Source: Dicyema japonicum (Eukaryota; Animalia; Dicyemida). Taken from it: a stretch of 64,000 nucleotides of DNA. This document shows, piece after piece, positions 12,433 to 25,741 of this stretch. The position numbers were made by a program, and so were the translations under genes. Under the pieces are notes generated by a model, which saw only the letters and a list, made by a program, of their open reading frames with translations, did no database searches and was not told the origin of the DNA. The DNA lies in assembly GCA_011109175.1 (NCBI GenBank), contig RDEW01000001.1, forward strand, positions 1,801,453 to 1,865,452, read 5' to 3'. Position 1 is the stretch's first letter, and each line of letters begins with the position of its first letter.

Positions 12433-12899
12433 TACACCACAAACTCAATTCTACTATTATTTAAATTTTATTTATTTTTTATTTTTTTAAAAACAAAGAA
12501 TTAATTTGAACCAAATAAATAACTAAAAAATCATTAAATTTTGAAATAATATATATTGACAAAAAACATGTTAGTCAGAGGGCTGAAGCCCTAACTGCGT
12601 CGCCATTAGTTTTGGATTGCAAGCGAAAAACACTCGAATAGTCAATCGAGCGGGCTGAGATTTGGTTTCTAAGTTTTTTTAAGAATTCATAGAATGAAAG
12701 CTTAAGGGCACCAAAGTTACTATAGCAAAAAGAATAACGAAATTTATTTTCTGCTCTTATTTTAAAAATTATTTTTTATTCCCACCAGACGAACAATAAT
12801 TTTAAATTAAAGCGCGCAAAAATGTTAGAAAAAGCCCGCAAAATTAAAAAAAGAGTCTTAAGAGATATCAAACAACCAAGAAAAAAACAATTTTATTAA

Positions 12900-13950
12900 T
12901 CCAGGAAAGGAAAAAAATAACACTCAATTCCCAATTTCCTCTAGTATTTTTCCTTAAATCTTCTTATTGAGGCAATGAGCATGTCAGGTATCTCTTAACA
13001 ACTGGGTTCTTGTTCCTCAATGGAAATTGTATTTTCCTTTTCATCTATTACCTTTTTTTAATCAATTGAAATAAATTCTTTCATCTCAATAAGATCATAA
13101 ATATGGGTTATGGATACGATTTCATGTGTTATGTTTAAGCCATAAGTTAAACTTTTTGTACTCTTAAACGTATATTCGGACCCAATACGGTATCTTTTCT
13201 AAGATCGCTTGGGTCAAAGATTTCGAAAGTTAGTAATGAGCGTCGGGAAACCGAGTGGTTGTTCCAAAGTATTTTTCTGGCATTTGTCAGGGGAAACAGC
13301 CATTCCATCCTATCAGCTTTCCGTGTCTTGTTGCGTAATAAATTGTTTTATTGTCAAAAAAATTATAATCATATTTTTAAAACATCTTGCTTTCTCATTA
13401 ATAGCGGCGCGGCATTAATGCGTTCTTGACATATTTGTACACATCACTGAAACTCTTATTAACCTAAAATTTTTATATCCATAAAATGGGGATTTACTTT
13501 TGGGTGGAAATAGTTCATAAAAAGTCCTGTTTCATCCAAATTGTAAACATAAGTGATTATATCTTAGAAACTTGAAATTTTTTAGAAATTCATTGAAGCA
13601 TTTCTCCACGTAATTTGGGCATTCTAAATCCATGTCAATTTTTGAATTTATCATAAAAACTTACAAGAATTTTTAAAATTTGCTAAAGAAAGTTCTTTTG
13701 AGAAAAATTCTGCCTTATTTAAAATTAAGGCACTGTTCAATAAAACACCTTAGTCGTTAGACTAACTAGTGTACCTTCGATTCCATTGTATCATTCTACC
13801 AAATTTTATCAAGTTCAGGAAATTTCAACTTTTTGCAAGTTTTTAATTTAGGATTTCTGATTTTGAACTGAGATGAAAAGGATTCTCTATCATTAAAATT
13901 GTATTGGCTGTTCTTCGACAGATTTTCATTTTTGAAGAAAGAAGAAAATC
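12900..13950 (-). mobile_element. pogo/Tigger transposase pseudogene
   Basis: Minus-strand KFPELDKIL (CENP-B HTH-like) and YNLDETGLF (DDD domain start), with many stops. Confidence 0.7.
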
Positions 13951-14162
13951 TGTCACTTATCATTCAACATGACGAAGGCTCACTATCATCCTTATAATAT
14001 TTCGACTTTTGGGGCAATAGTATGTCTTGTGTAATAACCAACAGAAACAGTACGACCCAGGCTTGTTTTGAATTATTTTATTTTTTTAATATTAAAAAAA
14101 TAATTTTCAAAAATTGTAGCAAATTTCATAATTGGCAAATATAGTTTATTATATTAATAAAC

Positions 14163-15520
14163 TTACGATTGTTTAAAAAAATAATTTGATTTATTACTGT
14201 TAATCCATTCTAGCAGACGAGTCATAGCAGACTTCATGTCAGATGGATTCTCAGAATAATCAAAAGCAGCATAAATTAAAATTTGGCCGAAAATCTAAAT
14301 CTCTCAAATCATCAAACCTGACCATAAACTACCTCACTCTGTGTCCTAATAACAGCAGTATTAGCATCCACCAGTAGCTCATCCAACTGCTGATACGCCT
14401 CAAATATATTAATCCAATGAGTTGGGTCCTTGTGGTGAATGTTTACATTAATATACTGATGGTAGGGTCGATGACAGCACAAAAAATGCTTTACTTTTTC
14501 GGCCTTAAAAATAATATTAAATTAAACAGGAATTTTATTCAAATTTACTGAAAATTCACCATTTAATAAAATGGCGGTAAATTTCGTCAATAATTTGGAG
14601 CTTTCGTAGTGGGTGCGTATTTTGCTAATAATTTCCTCCAAGTCGATGGTATGGGTGTTCTTCGTCAGAGTAAGAACCTTCAATCGACAGTCGAGGTCCA
14701 GAAAGTTCACGTGGCACAGCAGGAAGACACTTAAATAAGAAAATTGGTCACTTTTTATTAAAATGAGGCAGACAGACCTGAAATGAGGTCTCAAATCCAA
14801 TCTGACTCTTACAAATGCCATCCACCATGTTTAGGAGAATAAGGACGTCGCTCCATACAATAGACTTTCCACGTGGGCTCTGTATCATTACCACATAGTC
14901 GTCCACAAGCAAGATGGAGAAGATTACACCCTAAGATAATACCAAACCCAACCAGTGACTTTGCGGAAATGGAGAGAAGAGCCGACATTTCCGCGCGGAT
15001 ATTAACAGGGATCCTCACTGTTTGGTAGGCGGACAGCAGAAATGAAGGATTGAAAGAGAAAGAGTCGACAAAGTGGCCAAAACAGCGTTCATAACCCCCA
15101 AGAAGTCTCCCAAAGTCGATAGTGCTAAGTTGACGCCAAATCTTTGCGATCTTGTTGTTTGTGAGACACCCGATGATGAGTTGGTGGAGACAGGACAATC
15201 GTCTTTTGACCTGTCTGAGACTGAGAGTGCTGCGGGAGAGGCAGAGAATGATAAAGGGGTCGAAGTAGTCGAAGACGATGACTGAATTTCCGTCGCTGAG
15301 TTCAATATAGTCGAGCTCGTCGTCCCCTGTTTTGACGTAGGAGACGATGGCCTGGATTACTGCTGAGATTTGGAGGACAAAGGCTGTGTCGTCTTCTACT
15401 CTAAAAGTGAATATGATTTGGTCACCCAATGAAGAGAGGCTTCCCTGCGGTGGTTACGATAAAGTAAACGTCCTTCTTGGAAGAACAGTCGATTGAGAAT
15501 TTGCTGTGGGATTGGAACAT
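14163..15520 (-). CDS. MON1: Vacuolar fusion protein Mon1 (SAND family, Rab7 GEF subunit), multi-intron
   Basis: YFIVTTAGKPLF, ISAVIQAIVSYV, DFGRLLGGYE, GVIFSILL..DVLILLNM and the C-terminal IYAAFD..LLEWI follow the Mon1 pattern. Short GT-AG introns; not every junction was resolved. Confidence 0.85.
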
Positions 15521-15554
15521 ACCCACTGTGGTTAATTTTTATTAAACAGTTTAG

Positions 15555-15680
15555 TTAATTATTATTATTAAGCCAAAGAAACACCGTCTTAACCAATAAC
15601 TAATATTCAGGTGATCCCGGCAATAAAATAAGCAACCAGGAAACCCATTTGGGAAAGGCAGTTGCATATTCGTACGAAGC
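15555..15680 (-). mobile_element. Vingi-like LINE 3' terminus
   Basis: ccgggatcacctgaatattagttattggttaagacgg is nearly identical to 54865-54930. Confidence 0.7.
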
Positions 15681-15689
15681 TTAACTTTG

Positions 15690-16575
15690 GATAACAAATT
15701 TCTTAAGGGGACGTGTATGCCTCGGAGGACTGAAATCAGTCTCGGGTTTTCTCCCAAACGGTGTCCCCCAAGGATCTTCTTTATCATCCGCTTTATTCAA
15801 TTTATACCTGGCCGACCTCCCGACACCGGAATCCAATAACGATGTTTCTACTCACATATGCGGACGACATTGTTTTGGCCTCGCGTGATCGGGATATCCA
15901 AAATGCTACAGAAAGATTATAAATTAACCTGGACCGACTCAACTCCTGGGTAATGAAGAACCGATTCACGATAAATTCCAGAAAGTCGGTCACGTCTATG
16001 TCTACTTCGGACAAAAGGTTGGGGAAGAAGACTGTCACCTTGAAATTGGACAACGTTGAAATCCCCTTCAGCAAATTTCAGAAGATCCTGGGCGTGGCAC
16101 TGGATACGCACTTATGTTTGTCACCACACGTGGCGAACATTGTCCTGAAGTGCGAGAAGAAAATTAATGTATTGAAATGTTTATCTGGAATATGGAAGAC
16201 GGGTACCCACCCGGTCTTGATGAATATCTACAAACAATACATTGAACCATGCTTCTCGTACGCGTGTGTTTCGTGGGGACCTTCATTATCATGGACGAAT
16301 ACCAAGAAAATCGAGGACGTACAAATGAAGGCTTTCAGAGTCACGGAGCGGTGGACTTGTGGAGACACAGAACTACTCTGGAGGCCCTCATAAAACTAAA
16401 CTCCGGCATGCGGGAAGGTGGCCCTGCAGATACAGTCAGCCGCCCAGTACGATCTTGTGTGGGCACGAGGGAGGAGCACCGAGAAAGGATGAGGATTTTG
16501 GTGGAACGCATCGGGATCACGTAATAGCTAGTTTGGTTTTACCGTGTTCTTGGGTGTTAAATAAATAAAATAAAT
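15690..16575 (+). mobile_element. Ingi/Vingi-like LINE, RT to 3' end
   Basis: GVPQGS.LSS.LFNLYLADLP, YADD, KILGVALDTHL, terminal GIT-stop and a (TAAA)n tail. Confidence 0.85.
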
Positions 16576-17559
16576 GGAGGTAATCGACCTACTACTGATT
16601 AATAACGTTGGGCCATCAACTAAGTACTGATCACTTTGCTATGACCAATTATTACTTTTTTGAAGGGGGTACTGTGACCCTACTTTTTAATTAGAAGGAT
16701 TTAAGAAACTCAGGATTTGGAATTGAGGCAAGTTAACTATCACAAGGACTGGTTGAACTGGTGACTGAAGGTATGTGAAAATTATGGAGAGCTGAGTGTT
16801 GCTAAATCACTAATTAGACATGTTCAACTCCCTGTTGCCTTTTAAGTAAGGTCCGTAAATTGATTGAATGCCTAATTGTAAAGCACCGACAATAGTCATA
16901 GATTTAATACAAACTCAGTTGGGAGGTCTCTGTCTGTATGTATAAGATGTCGAAAGTCCCCTAATGGGCGAATCTATTCGAATCTGATATCAAACATCCA
17001 AATTTTGTACAATTTCAGTTTCAGAAAATAAATTGCATATTAAAATCTTAAACCTCTTTCAATCTGATAGCGCCCTCTTTTCTCTGTTACCTTCTCGTTA
17101 GCCTTCCGTTTTCTTCCCTTGAAGGGACCTGGCGCATACAAATCTTTCAGAAGAGACATTCAAATATTACACAACTCCACCCAGAACCTGCGGAATGGGA
17201 AGACAATATAAGTCTCTACAATTATGGGAACCCCCGTCATATGATAAATGAACTCAGGGACATCTAATATACGAAGTTGAGGGACAATGAAGCGTCGGAT
17301 ACAACATACTGCAAGTTCGGGTCTTTTCTGGTTATCTCACGTTCGTGGTTAAGTTGTACAATATCTCAACTTGTACAAGTACAGTGAGACTCTTCCTAAC
17401 CGTCAATTTTAAACAGCCCTCCCGACAAGGAGTAGGTAATATAAGTAGGTAATAAGAAAACTTGTGGTTAGGAGTTTGCCATATGATTTGAAATTTTCGG
17501 TAAATTTGGCGGTTAGGAGGAGCTTTACTGCATAAGTTCTTATCCCCAGAACTCAAAAA

Positions 17560-18560
17560 GGTCGTGTTGATCAGAGTGTGGGAGATTCTGTCAAAATAAT
17601 ATTGATGAGAACATTAAAGATGTTTCTAATATGAGTGATGGAAAGTCTCCTCAGGAACCAGTATCCAACAAGTGGATATACCTGACTCACTTGTGGTCCC
17701 CCTTAGATCTAGCCTGAAGAAATCGGTTTCTTTCGCACTTGAATTGTCCAATATTAACGACCTGCATGCTTTTACTACGGAGCTTGGAAGGAGTATCCAT
17801 TTAGTGTGAATGTGCAGAGTTTCCAAACTGAGTTACGTCCATCTTAAGTGGTTCTAAAGGGAATCCTATCATGGATATTTTATACTCTTTTTTAGGCTCT
17901 TCAGCCCTGATTTTCCTTCCATCATTTCAAGAAAGATGGTTACAATCTTGGTGTTTGAAATTGACCGTAAAATCAAGAGCTGAGGCTATGTTTCTTATAA
18001 GATTTGGATCACATGTTGGTGTCCAGAAAATCCGCGGTGAATGGTATCAAGACTCTGCAATCAAACGTTTCAGATGCCAAAAATTTGGCCACGTTGCATC
18101 TCGATCCATTGAAAAGGAGAAATCCCTTATTTGCGGGGAGGAGCACGGAATGATCAGCTGTCCTTCTAAAGGAAGTTTATCGTCGTTAACGAGACTAAAA
18201 TCCTTAAAGATGTCATCCTAGAGGGTTTGTCGTCTGTAAATATAAGATGGAAGGAAGGAGCCTCTGCCGGTACAGGAACATCTCTGATTATCGTCGACAT
18301 CTATACACTCGAGGGTCCCAAGTCATAAGGAGTACTGATTGGGAATATATCTCTGTTGATGATTGCCGTGACGAGGTGTGGATTACCAGTATCAGCCAGT
18401 TTTTTATCGACTACCCGAGACTTGGTTGAGATCTTGATTCTAAACATGTTGCTTTTGGGGGTGGTTCGACCAATCAGGATGGACGAAGGTTGAGACATTT
18501 ACCCAACTCTTGGCTTCAAGGTTTTGACATCTAAGGACCCAAATCATTATTCATACACTT
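17560..18560 (+). mobile_element. Jockey/I-group LINE 5' remnant (ORF1 zinc knuckle plus endonuclease fragment)
   Basis: RCQKFGHVA...ICGEEHGMISCP CCHC knuckles, followed by degenerate APE-like text. Confidence 0.65.
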
Positions 18561-19925
18561 ATTATGGCACTTTCACGAAAGCCATAATGATTATAGCCCT
18601 GCATGTGCAACACTCAAAGAAACAATATTTATAGTTAGTCTTTTCCATCTTCCTCTGTCGAATGCGAGTGATCTCAATTCGTCCAGGTCGTCCCCCGTCT
18701 TTAGATTTTTTCTCACACGATTTAAGTCTTTGTTTAAGGCAGTCGGAAGTGTCGATCTAGGTCGTCCGCGGAAGGGTTTGTCGCAACTGTCAAAGTAATC
18801 TTCCATCGCTTTGTTAGCGGGTGTGTCCGGGTTTATTCTTAGTACATGCCCAAATAGCCTCCACCGGGCATCTATCACATCCTTGTTGATGTACGAACAC
18901 ATACACTTGTTGTAGATACCAGTGGTTGATATTCTACGTGGCCACTCCATTCCGAGTAAGCTTCTTAGTTGCCTTCTATGGAACGAATCCAGTTTCAATA
19001 GTTCGTTGAAGGAACTTCCCCATGTCCCAGCGTACAGTAGGATCGGTTTCACAAACGCGTTGTAAAGCCTGCATCTGATGTCAATTCCAAGTCCTTTGGC
19101 TCTTAGCCATCCTTTCTTCAGTTTAGCCATTGCCGCATTTGCCAGTGTTTTCCTCCTTAGAACATCTTCAGCGTCTCCTAGTAGAGAGCCGAGCTTATTA
19201 GTGCATCTCCATTTTTCGTGAGTAATATCGTCTTCTTATTTGATTTCCGTAATTTCAGTTTTGTTAACATTTACGCTGAGAAACCATTTCTCAAGCTCCG
19301 CAGGTGCATTTTCTAGTAGGTGTTGGAGTGCGGTCGCGTCTCGTGATACGAAATCCACATCATCCGCATAAGATGTCTCTTCTATGTCTCCTATATAGCA
19401 TTTACGGAGGTCGCGGAGTGCAGATTCAAGGTGAATAGTAAAGGGGAGGGGGAATCACCCTGATGTGTCCCAATCGTTGATTTGAAACTGCGGGAAGTTG
19501 CTCCTTCTGTCCTCACAGATAGTCTTGTGTTCGCAAGTAGTAGTCTGATTATCCTAACCGACGATTTATCCAATATTTGCTCAAGCACATTCATCAGTTT
19601 CTGTTTGTTTATTGAGCCGAAAGCTCTGGAGAGATCTATTCCCAACACGGTCGTTGCGTTCTTGAATTTTTGGTGCGTTGCGCAGCGCCATCTATTGCTC
19701 CATAACAATGTCTGCCGTAGACCATCCTTCTCGGAACCCACTTTGACTTGCTGGTAGGTATTGGGAGTGACCATATTCTCAAAATCTTAAGCGTCAATTT
19801 AAAATCGGAGTTTTTATGAAATTTGACACTAATAATGTCGATTGGAGTCATGACAGGACTTTCATGATGGACAAACCTTGTTCTTTATCGACGTCTGTCG
19901 CCTGGTGACGTGGACTATGTTAGCG
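18560..19925 (-). mobile_element. RTE-like retrotransposon (RT plus C-terminus), 5' truncated
   Basis: IDLSRAF, GTHQGDSPSPLLF, YADD, RWRLFGHVLR and GRPRSTLP motifs. Confidence 0.9.
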
Positions 19926-19929
19926 CATT

Positions 19930-22400
19930 GTGGGTGCTATGGAGGAGTATCTACATTGTTTTGCTAAATCTGTTTTCTCGGGAGATCCTAAAGCCGTGGT
20001 CCCAACCAATATCAAACTGGAGATTTCAGAACGAAATCGTCTTCGGGCAAAACTAAATTTGTGGGTTGAGAGTTTCTGAAGAGAAGAATACGAGATACTC
20101 AAAAGACTATAGACTTCTTATTCAGAAAGTCACTAAAAATGGAGGACTGAGAGAGGAAGGTTGGACACCGAGAACCCAACATTCTATACCATTTCAGGTT
20201 TAAAGTGGGTCTTACCAAAAGCAAAGTGGGTCTTACCAAAAGCAAAGTGGGTCTTACCAAAAGCAAAGTGGGACTTACCAAAAGCAAAGTGGAACCTTAC
20301 CAAAAGCAAAGTGGATCTTACAAAAAGCAAAGTGGAACAAAAATTATTTTTTGTTATAGGATGAAGATTAATTTCAATTGCTAAAGTGTCGAGATCAATT
20401 GCAAAAGCTACGAGATCAATTGCAAAAGTGACAATGCAACATGCAAAAGTGTCGAGATCAATTGCTAAAGTGACTAAGCAAAAACCTATATATTTGGATG
20501 TCTGCGCAAATATTTTATTTTTTTATTCATATGCCTGCTCAAATAAAAAAGTCTGAGCTGCAATTAAGAAAAATCTTATTATCGGGGTTTATAAGGAAGA
20601 TGGTGACTGGAGGGAACTTGCAAAATCTCTCGATGTTCCGAAAACTACTACTTATCGTTGGTTGAAAAACAAAAACAAACCTGATCAGCGAGGGGGATCA
20701 AAAGCAAAAAAAATTCTTGATAAACATAAAGATTATTGTGTTGAACAGCTCGAAATTAACCCTAGGATTACTCTTGAGACCTTGAGAATTCTTTTAAATT
20801 CTAATTTCAGCTTAAATGTTTCAAAAGAAACCATTCGAGTCCACTTGGACGGTGCCTGTTATTCTTTGAAAGATATCAGGTATGAACCAGAGAAAGGCAA
20901 TAGTGAATTAAATAAAGAAAAAAGAAAAAAATTTATAACTTCATTATTGGAATATCAATCGGAGGAAATTCCAATATTATTTATGGATGAAACAAATATA
21001 AACATGCACATATCCCGTAAAAAGGGTCGATCAAAAAAAGGAACAAGGGCTAATGTCGTTGCAACAAGTTCGCGAGTGCCAATGTACATTTCATTGGTTG
21101 CATCGGGTCCCTTGGATTGTTGCATTATGAATTCAAACGTGGATCCTTTAATAAAGAATCCGCCCATGAATGGGTGAGAATTTGTCTACGAAAAGCCAGG
21201 GAAGTTTACAATTTTCCAGTAGTGCTAGTAGTAGACAATGCTCCATGCCATTCAGGAATTGAAGAAATTGTCAGAGATAATGAATTCATCGGAAATAAAA
21301 TTTTAAGATTGGGTCCCTATAGCCCTATGCTCAACCCAATTGAGAATATTTGGTCAGTTTTCAAAGCTGATGTAAAAAGACACATTGCTACAGATATGAA
21401 AAATATTTGAATGGTGTGAGACAAGAAGCTTTGTCAACTACGGAGTTTCGACTTCAAAAGTTAGAAGAAAGTATGATTAATTCATTATGTATAATCACTC
21501 CATCTTTATGCAACACCGTAATTGCTAGAATTCAGAGGTTGGCCCCATCGGTGTTAAATAATGATGACATGGTTTATTAAATAATTTTTGTTCCACTTTG
21601 CTTTTGGTAAGACCCACTTTGCTTTTGGTAAGACCCACTTTGCTTTTGGTAAGACCCACTTTAAACCTGAAATGGTATAGAAGTCATATAGGAGGCTTGT
21701 AGCTCCTGGATCTAAATCAGATGTTGTTACCTTGAAGAGATCAGATGGTAGTGTTATCAACGAAGCGGATGTTCCCAATGCCTTTCGGGAGCATCTCGAG
21801 AAAATTCAAGGGATTGATCCAAAGGATCTGGTGCCCGAAGAATTTCTTCTGAGTATGAGAATCCTGGACGAGCAGGCTGGGTCATGGCACAAGAAGATTA
21901 TTACAACAGAAGAGGAGAAGCAAACCATTATGGAGTGTTGAAACAAAGCTCCTGGAATTGACGGGATCAGGGTAAAGCTTTTCAAGGAGGGTCCTGATTG
22001 TCTGTTCGAAGTCATATGTTGCCTGTTCAAAACCAGGAAAATCGAGGACGGATCCCTTGGGCCATAGACCTATCAGTCTGATCAACTCAATGTCAAAAAT
22101 CACAGAGAGGCTGATTTATAAAAGATTTATGCGTCATATCGAATCACGGAATTTTATCAGCAAGGAACAATGGGGCTTTCGCCTAGGGAAATCCTGTAAA
22201 GATTGATTTTTCATCTTGAACTCTGAAATTGAGAAGGCCCGGATATCAGCTTAGTGTCGTCCGTCTGGAAATATCAAAGGTTTTCGATGACTCACTGTTT
22301 TATCAGTTTTCTGGATCCCAGGAATCCTAGTACTAACGCGATTATTTACGTGGACGATGAACTGATATCAGACGTCTCGAGATGTCCGGTGGTGTCCAGG
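19930..22400 (+). mobile_element. Jockey-like LINE interrupted by a Tc1 element
   Basis: The flanks of the Tc1 join to give sequence collinear with the minus-strand copy at 62320-62955. APG.DGI and QWGFRLGKS RT motifs are present. Confidence 0.8.
20187..21677 (+). mobile_element. IS630-Tc1-mariner DNA transposon, DD35E, frameshifted transposase (~20531-21410)
   Basis: TA target duplication at 20185-86 and 21678-79. TIRs begin TACCATTTCAGGTTTAAAGTGGG and contain 21-bp repeats. Catalytic motifs FMDET, VVDNAPCH and NPIE, with 35 residues between the second D and E. Confidence 0.95.
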
Positions 22401-22830
22401 GGAAGATTACGTGAATTTTTAGAAGAAAAAAGCTTGTCAAAAACTTCTGTGTCTAAGAAAAATCGATTTGAAGAAGACGTAAATCTTTATCTCTTCAATT
22501 TTTCATCACACACCCTACCGTTGCAGACATAATTCTTAAATCTCCCATATTCTTCACCTCGTTCGTACCCACGAGAATAAGCAAGACAAAACACGGGCTT
22601 TCATCCACCATAATTCTAGAGATTATAACGCTCGACCATGCATCCAAATTACTACATGAATTCAAACCCGCCAATTCTTTATCCAACCAATACAGAAGAT
22701 CCCTAACTCCAGGTATTCATAAGAAAACCGCCACCCAAATGATAATCCAATCGTTCCACAATTAATAATATCAAAAAGCCCGCTCTAACTCATCACAAAT
22801 AAAACACATAAAACCGGAGAAATTAACAAC

Positions 22831-24387
22831 TTAAAAAGTTCTATGAAGAGTACCAATTCTAAACGAATTATTATCGTAGGTAGACGCTGGCTTCAATCTC
22901 GTCTTAAGAGGGATAGCTTCAGGAAAAAGAGTATGGTAGCTCGTCAAAGGAATGAAGTGTGCCGTGATAGACCTTCCCCCATAAAACCGTCCATGGAGAG
23001 CCTTCGCCAGGGATATGCATACACTCACACTGGGACACTTCACGAACACATTTCCAGCCTCAATCTCTATGAACAAGTGAACACAGCCCCCGTGCTTGTC
23101 AGACTCCTCGATTATGTCATCACGGATTCCGTCCCCCAATTTGGCTGAGTCTCCCTACTCCTCACCCCAAATCCTTACTTCTCGTGGTCAAACATGTTCA
23201 TCAAGATCAAACAGCACGTGTCAATCTTCTCACCTTGAGCCGTGTAGTTCTGCTTTCCAGACGAGTTCTCCGTCACAGTCAACCCCGTCCCTGCCATTAC
23301 TCACGTGACTACCTTCAGCCAACTTCTTCATGAGGTTCATCTTGCCAGTAACTCCAAGTTCAACACCTCCTCTCTCAGTATGGTCCATGTCATGCCTGTT
23401 CTCACCTTCACAAACATAACTCAATCGCATTTTTTTCCCGCCAAAATCGTATCCATTCAACTGATCGACTACTTTGCGTGCGTCTTCTCCACTCGCGAAA
23501 GTCACGTGGCCAATCCCTTCGGATTTCCCGCTATAACGGTCACGGAAAATCTTCAAGTCATTGATCTGGAATAAGTCACCTCATACCCGTCCATATTTGA
23601 CAAACACACTCTCCAACATCTCAGAGTTCACGTTCGGATGGAGATTCGATATATAAAGCTTCATAGGACCCTTGTTTATAAGAGAGAAGGCCATGGGTGG
23701 GGCGTTAACGTGAGACCGATTCTTATCAGCCTGCGAGTACTGCACCACAACGGGCCTTCCACACAGCCTCTGTCCAGTCATTTTCACGGCGTTATCCACG
23801 GAATCAAGTTTGGAGAACTCCACATAAGCGATCCCCTTGGAACGCCTGGATTTGGGGTCCATGATCAGTCGTACGTCACGAACCTGCATATTTAAGATCC
23901 ACAACCTTTCCAGCCTCGTAGAAGAAGTCCTCGATGTCCCGTTCTCGAACACGTGGCCCCAGTTGCATTAAAAAGACAGTCCTTGCGTCTTTCTCTTCGG
24001 GAGTAGGCTCTGGGGAGGGCGTTTTCTTTGGTTCCCTGAATTTTGAGAAAAGAGCGACTTTTTGTGAGACGTCTTTGATTGTCGGTCACGTGAGTGGCGT
24101 CGATCGGATCTTCTGTCACGCTTTTTATGGGAGTGGCGGTCTCTGCTGCGGTCCCGGCTCTTAGAAGAATGCTCGCTCGATTTAGGTGGGGACTTTAATA
24201 CTTCTTGGGAAGTCTCTCTGGTGTGGGGGACCGCTGCGGAAGGGCCTAATACATTATATGAAATGATTACTAATTTATCAGAATGTGGACTTTCTCCAAT
24301 TCTGACTTAATATATTAACGAATATACCTCTTTGGTTGAATTCTGCATGCCCTCCTCAAGCATTCTATCAATGTCAAAATCGTCCAT
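22831..24387 (-). CDS. RBM39: RNA-binding protein 39 (CAPER-alpha splicing factor), multi-intron
   Basis: RS-rich N-terminus, RRM1 VRDVRLIMD..SRRSKGIAYVEF, RRM2 GPMKLYISNLH, linker KLAEGTG and UHM GNVFVKC..ALHGRFYGGR. Some junctions were not individually verified. Confidence 0.92.
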
Positions 24388-24499
24388 TAATAAACACTAC
24401 ACGAGTTTAAAATTTTTACTTTTAAATTTAATTTGTTTTTTTATTATTAATTATTTAATAAAAATAAAGTTCAGTCATCCTTATTTGATTTTAATTATT

Positions 24500-24880
24500 T
24501 CCTAACTGTTTTTTAGTTAGGAAATAATACACGATTTTGTTTCTACGAGAAGCATCCGAAGACTCGGAGACAATAAAATATTACAGCGACTTCCTCCTCC
24601 AATAGACCAATCAGAATCCTCTCTTCCAAGGGACGTCCGAGTAAATCTGGCTCGTCTACGATGTGGGCACCACCCATATCTATCAACATATGATATACTC
24701 TGTCCCTTTTGCAACCTCCACGTGTTGACAACAAATCACCTTTTTGAATGTCATGAATGGCACAACGTTTCTCCACAATGCAGGAACTGACCGATCTATG
24801 GGAGCGACCAACATCTGCTGCGTCCTACTTAATAGCTGCTGGCTTCGTTAGTGAGGATAGGGTTACTTAACTAACTAACT
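24500..24880 (+). mobile_element. Degenerate LINE 3' end
   Basis: TDLWERPTSAASYLIAAG-like terminus and taactaactaact tail. A second copy lies at 11105-11205. Confidence 0.5.
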
Positions 24881-25181
24881 GTTTTTTACTTAAGTAAGTG
24901 TGTGTCCTGTCTGAGCGACAGGTAATATGGCTCTGCGTTAAAGTGCAGTTCCTAATCGTTATATCTTTTAAGTGTTTGGAAATTCTCAATGACGAAGATG
25001 AATTCGACGAACAACTGGCAAAGGTGAGGGAGATATAAAAGAGACAGTGATGCCTGCTAGAATCATCTAGTACACAAGAAGGCGGACTGTTTCTCTAGAT
25101 CATCCTGAACAGATCGGCTGTGTATGCATTTTTATTAGGAATAATAGTGAGAACTCTAGTCATTTTATTATAATAAATTAC

Positions 25182-25597
25182 CACGTGGGAATAATTTCAA
25201 TAATTAATTGCACGTGGGTCGTCGGCTTGTCATTATACTGTTTCTACCTCTAAGAATGCCTTTTAACACTATCGAATGAGGTATTTTTGTCTCCTGTCAT
25301 TTTGAGGACATTTTGGTGTTATGAAACTTCTCTTAGAACCTATCGGCCCAACTGGTTTCCTTAAGTCACCCTCACTTTTTATCAAAGGATTATCCCCCTC
25401 TTTCAGTCCCATATAATATTAACCCTTAGAATTGACTACATTAATGTTTCGAACTCGTTATAGGAACTTAATGATCTTCCTCGAGGCCGCACGTGCAGTA
25501 TGCATGTGTTCTTTTTACAAATAATATTGGTTCCACGTGTTAAATAGATGATTGTAAGACTCATGGAGGTACATTGTTCTACTTGAGTCCCCACGTG
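25182..25597. promoter_or_regulatory. Cluster of five CACGTG E-boxes in the divergent RBM39/orphan intergenic region
   Basis: Perfect CACGTG at 25182, 25211, 25490, 25534 and 25592. The function is inferred. Confidence 0.55.
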
Positions 25598-25741
25598 TCA
25601 AGTAGCAAGGCTAACAAAATTTAATTTAAGGAAATGACAGTAAAGTGCGAAATATCAAGTTTCTTACCAAATTAAGCATTTTTGCGTAATCCGTTAAAAT
25701 AGCCAAAAATTGACAGCGCCATCACTTAAACTAAACGGCCA

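Noticed and set aside
11789-15520. CLEAR/TFEB regulon explanation for USE1 and MON1
   Set aside because: Their CACGTG sites are downstream or exonic rather than promoter-proximal, and they lack the GTCACGTGAC flanks.
20099-20364. Repetitive ORFs (VLPKAKW)n and (LLVRPT)n
   Set aside because: These are translations of the 21-bp repeats in the Tc1 end, not proteins.
22843-24164. Several plus-strand ORFs of 70-100 aa
   Set aside because: Antisense shadows of the RBM39 coding sequence. The same applies to 7797-8057 over NCKX and 15073-15285 over MON1.
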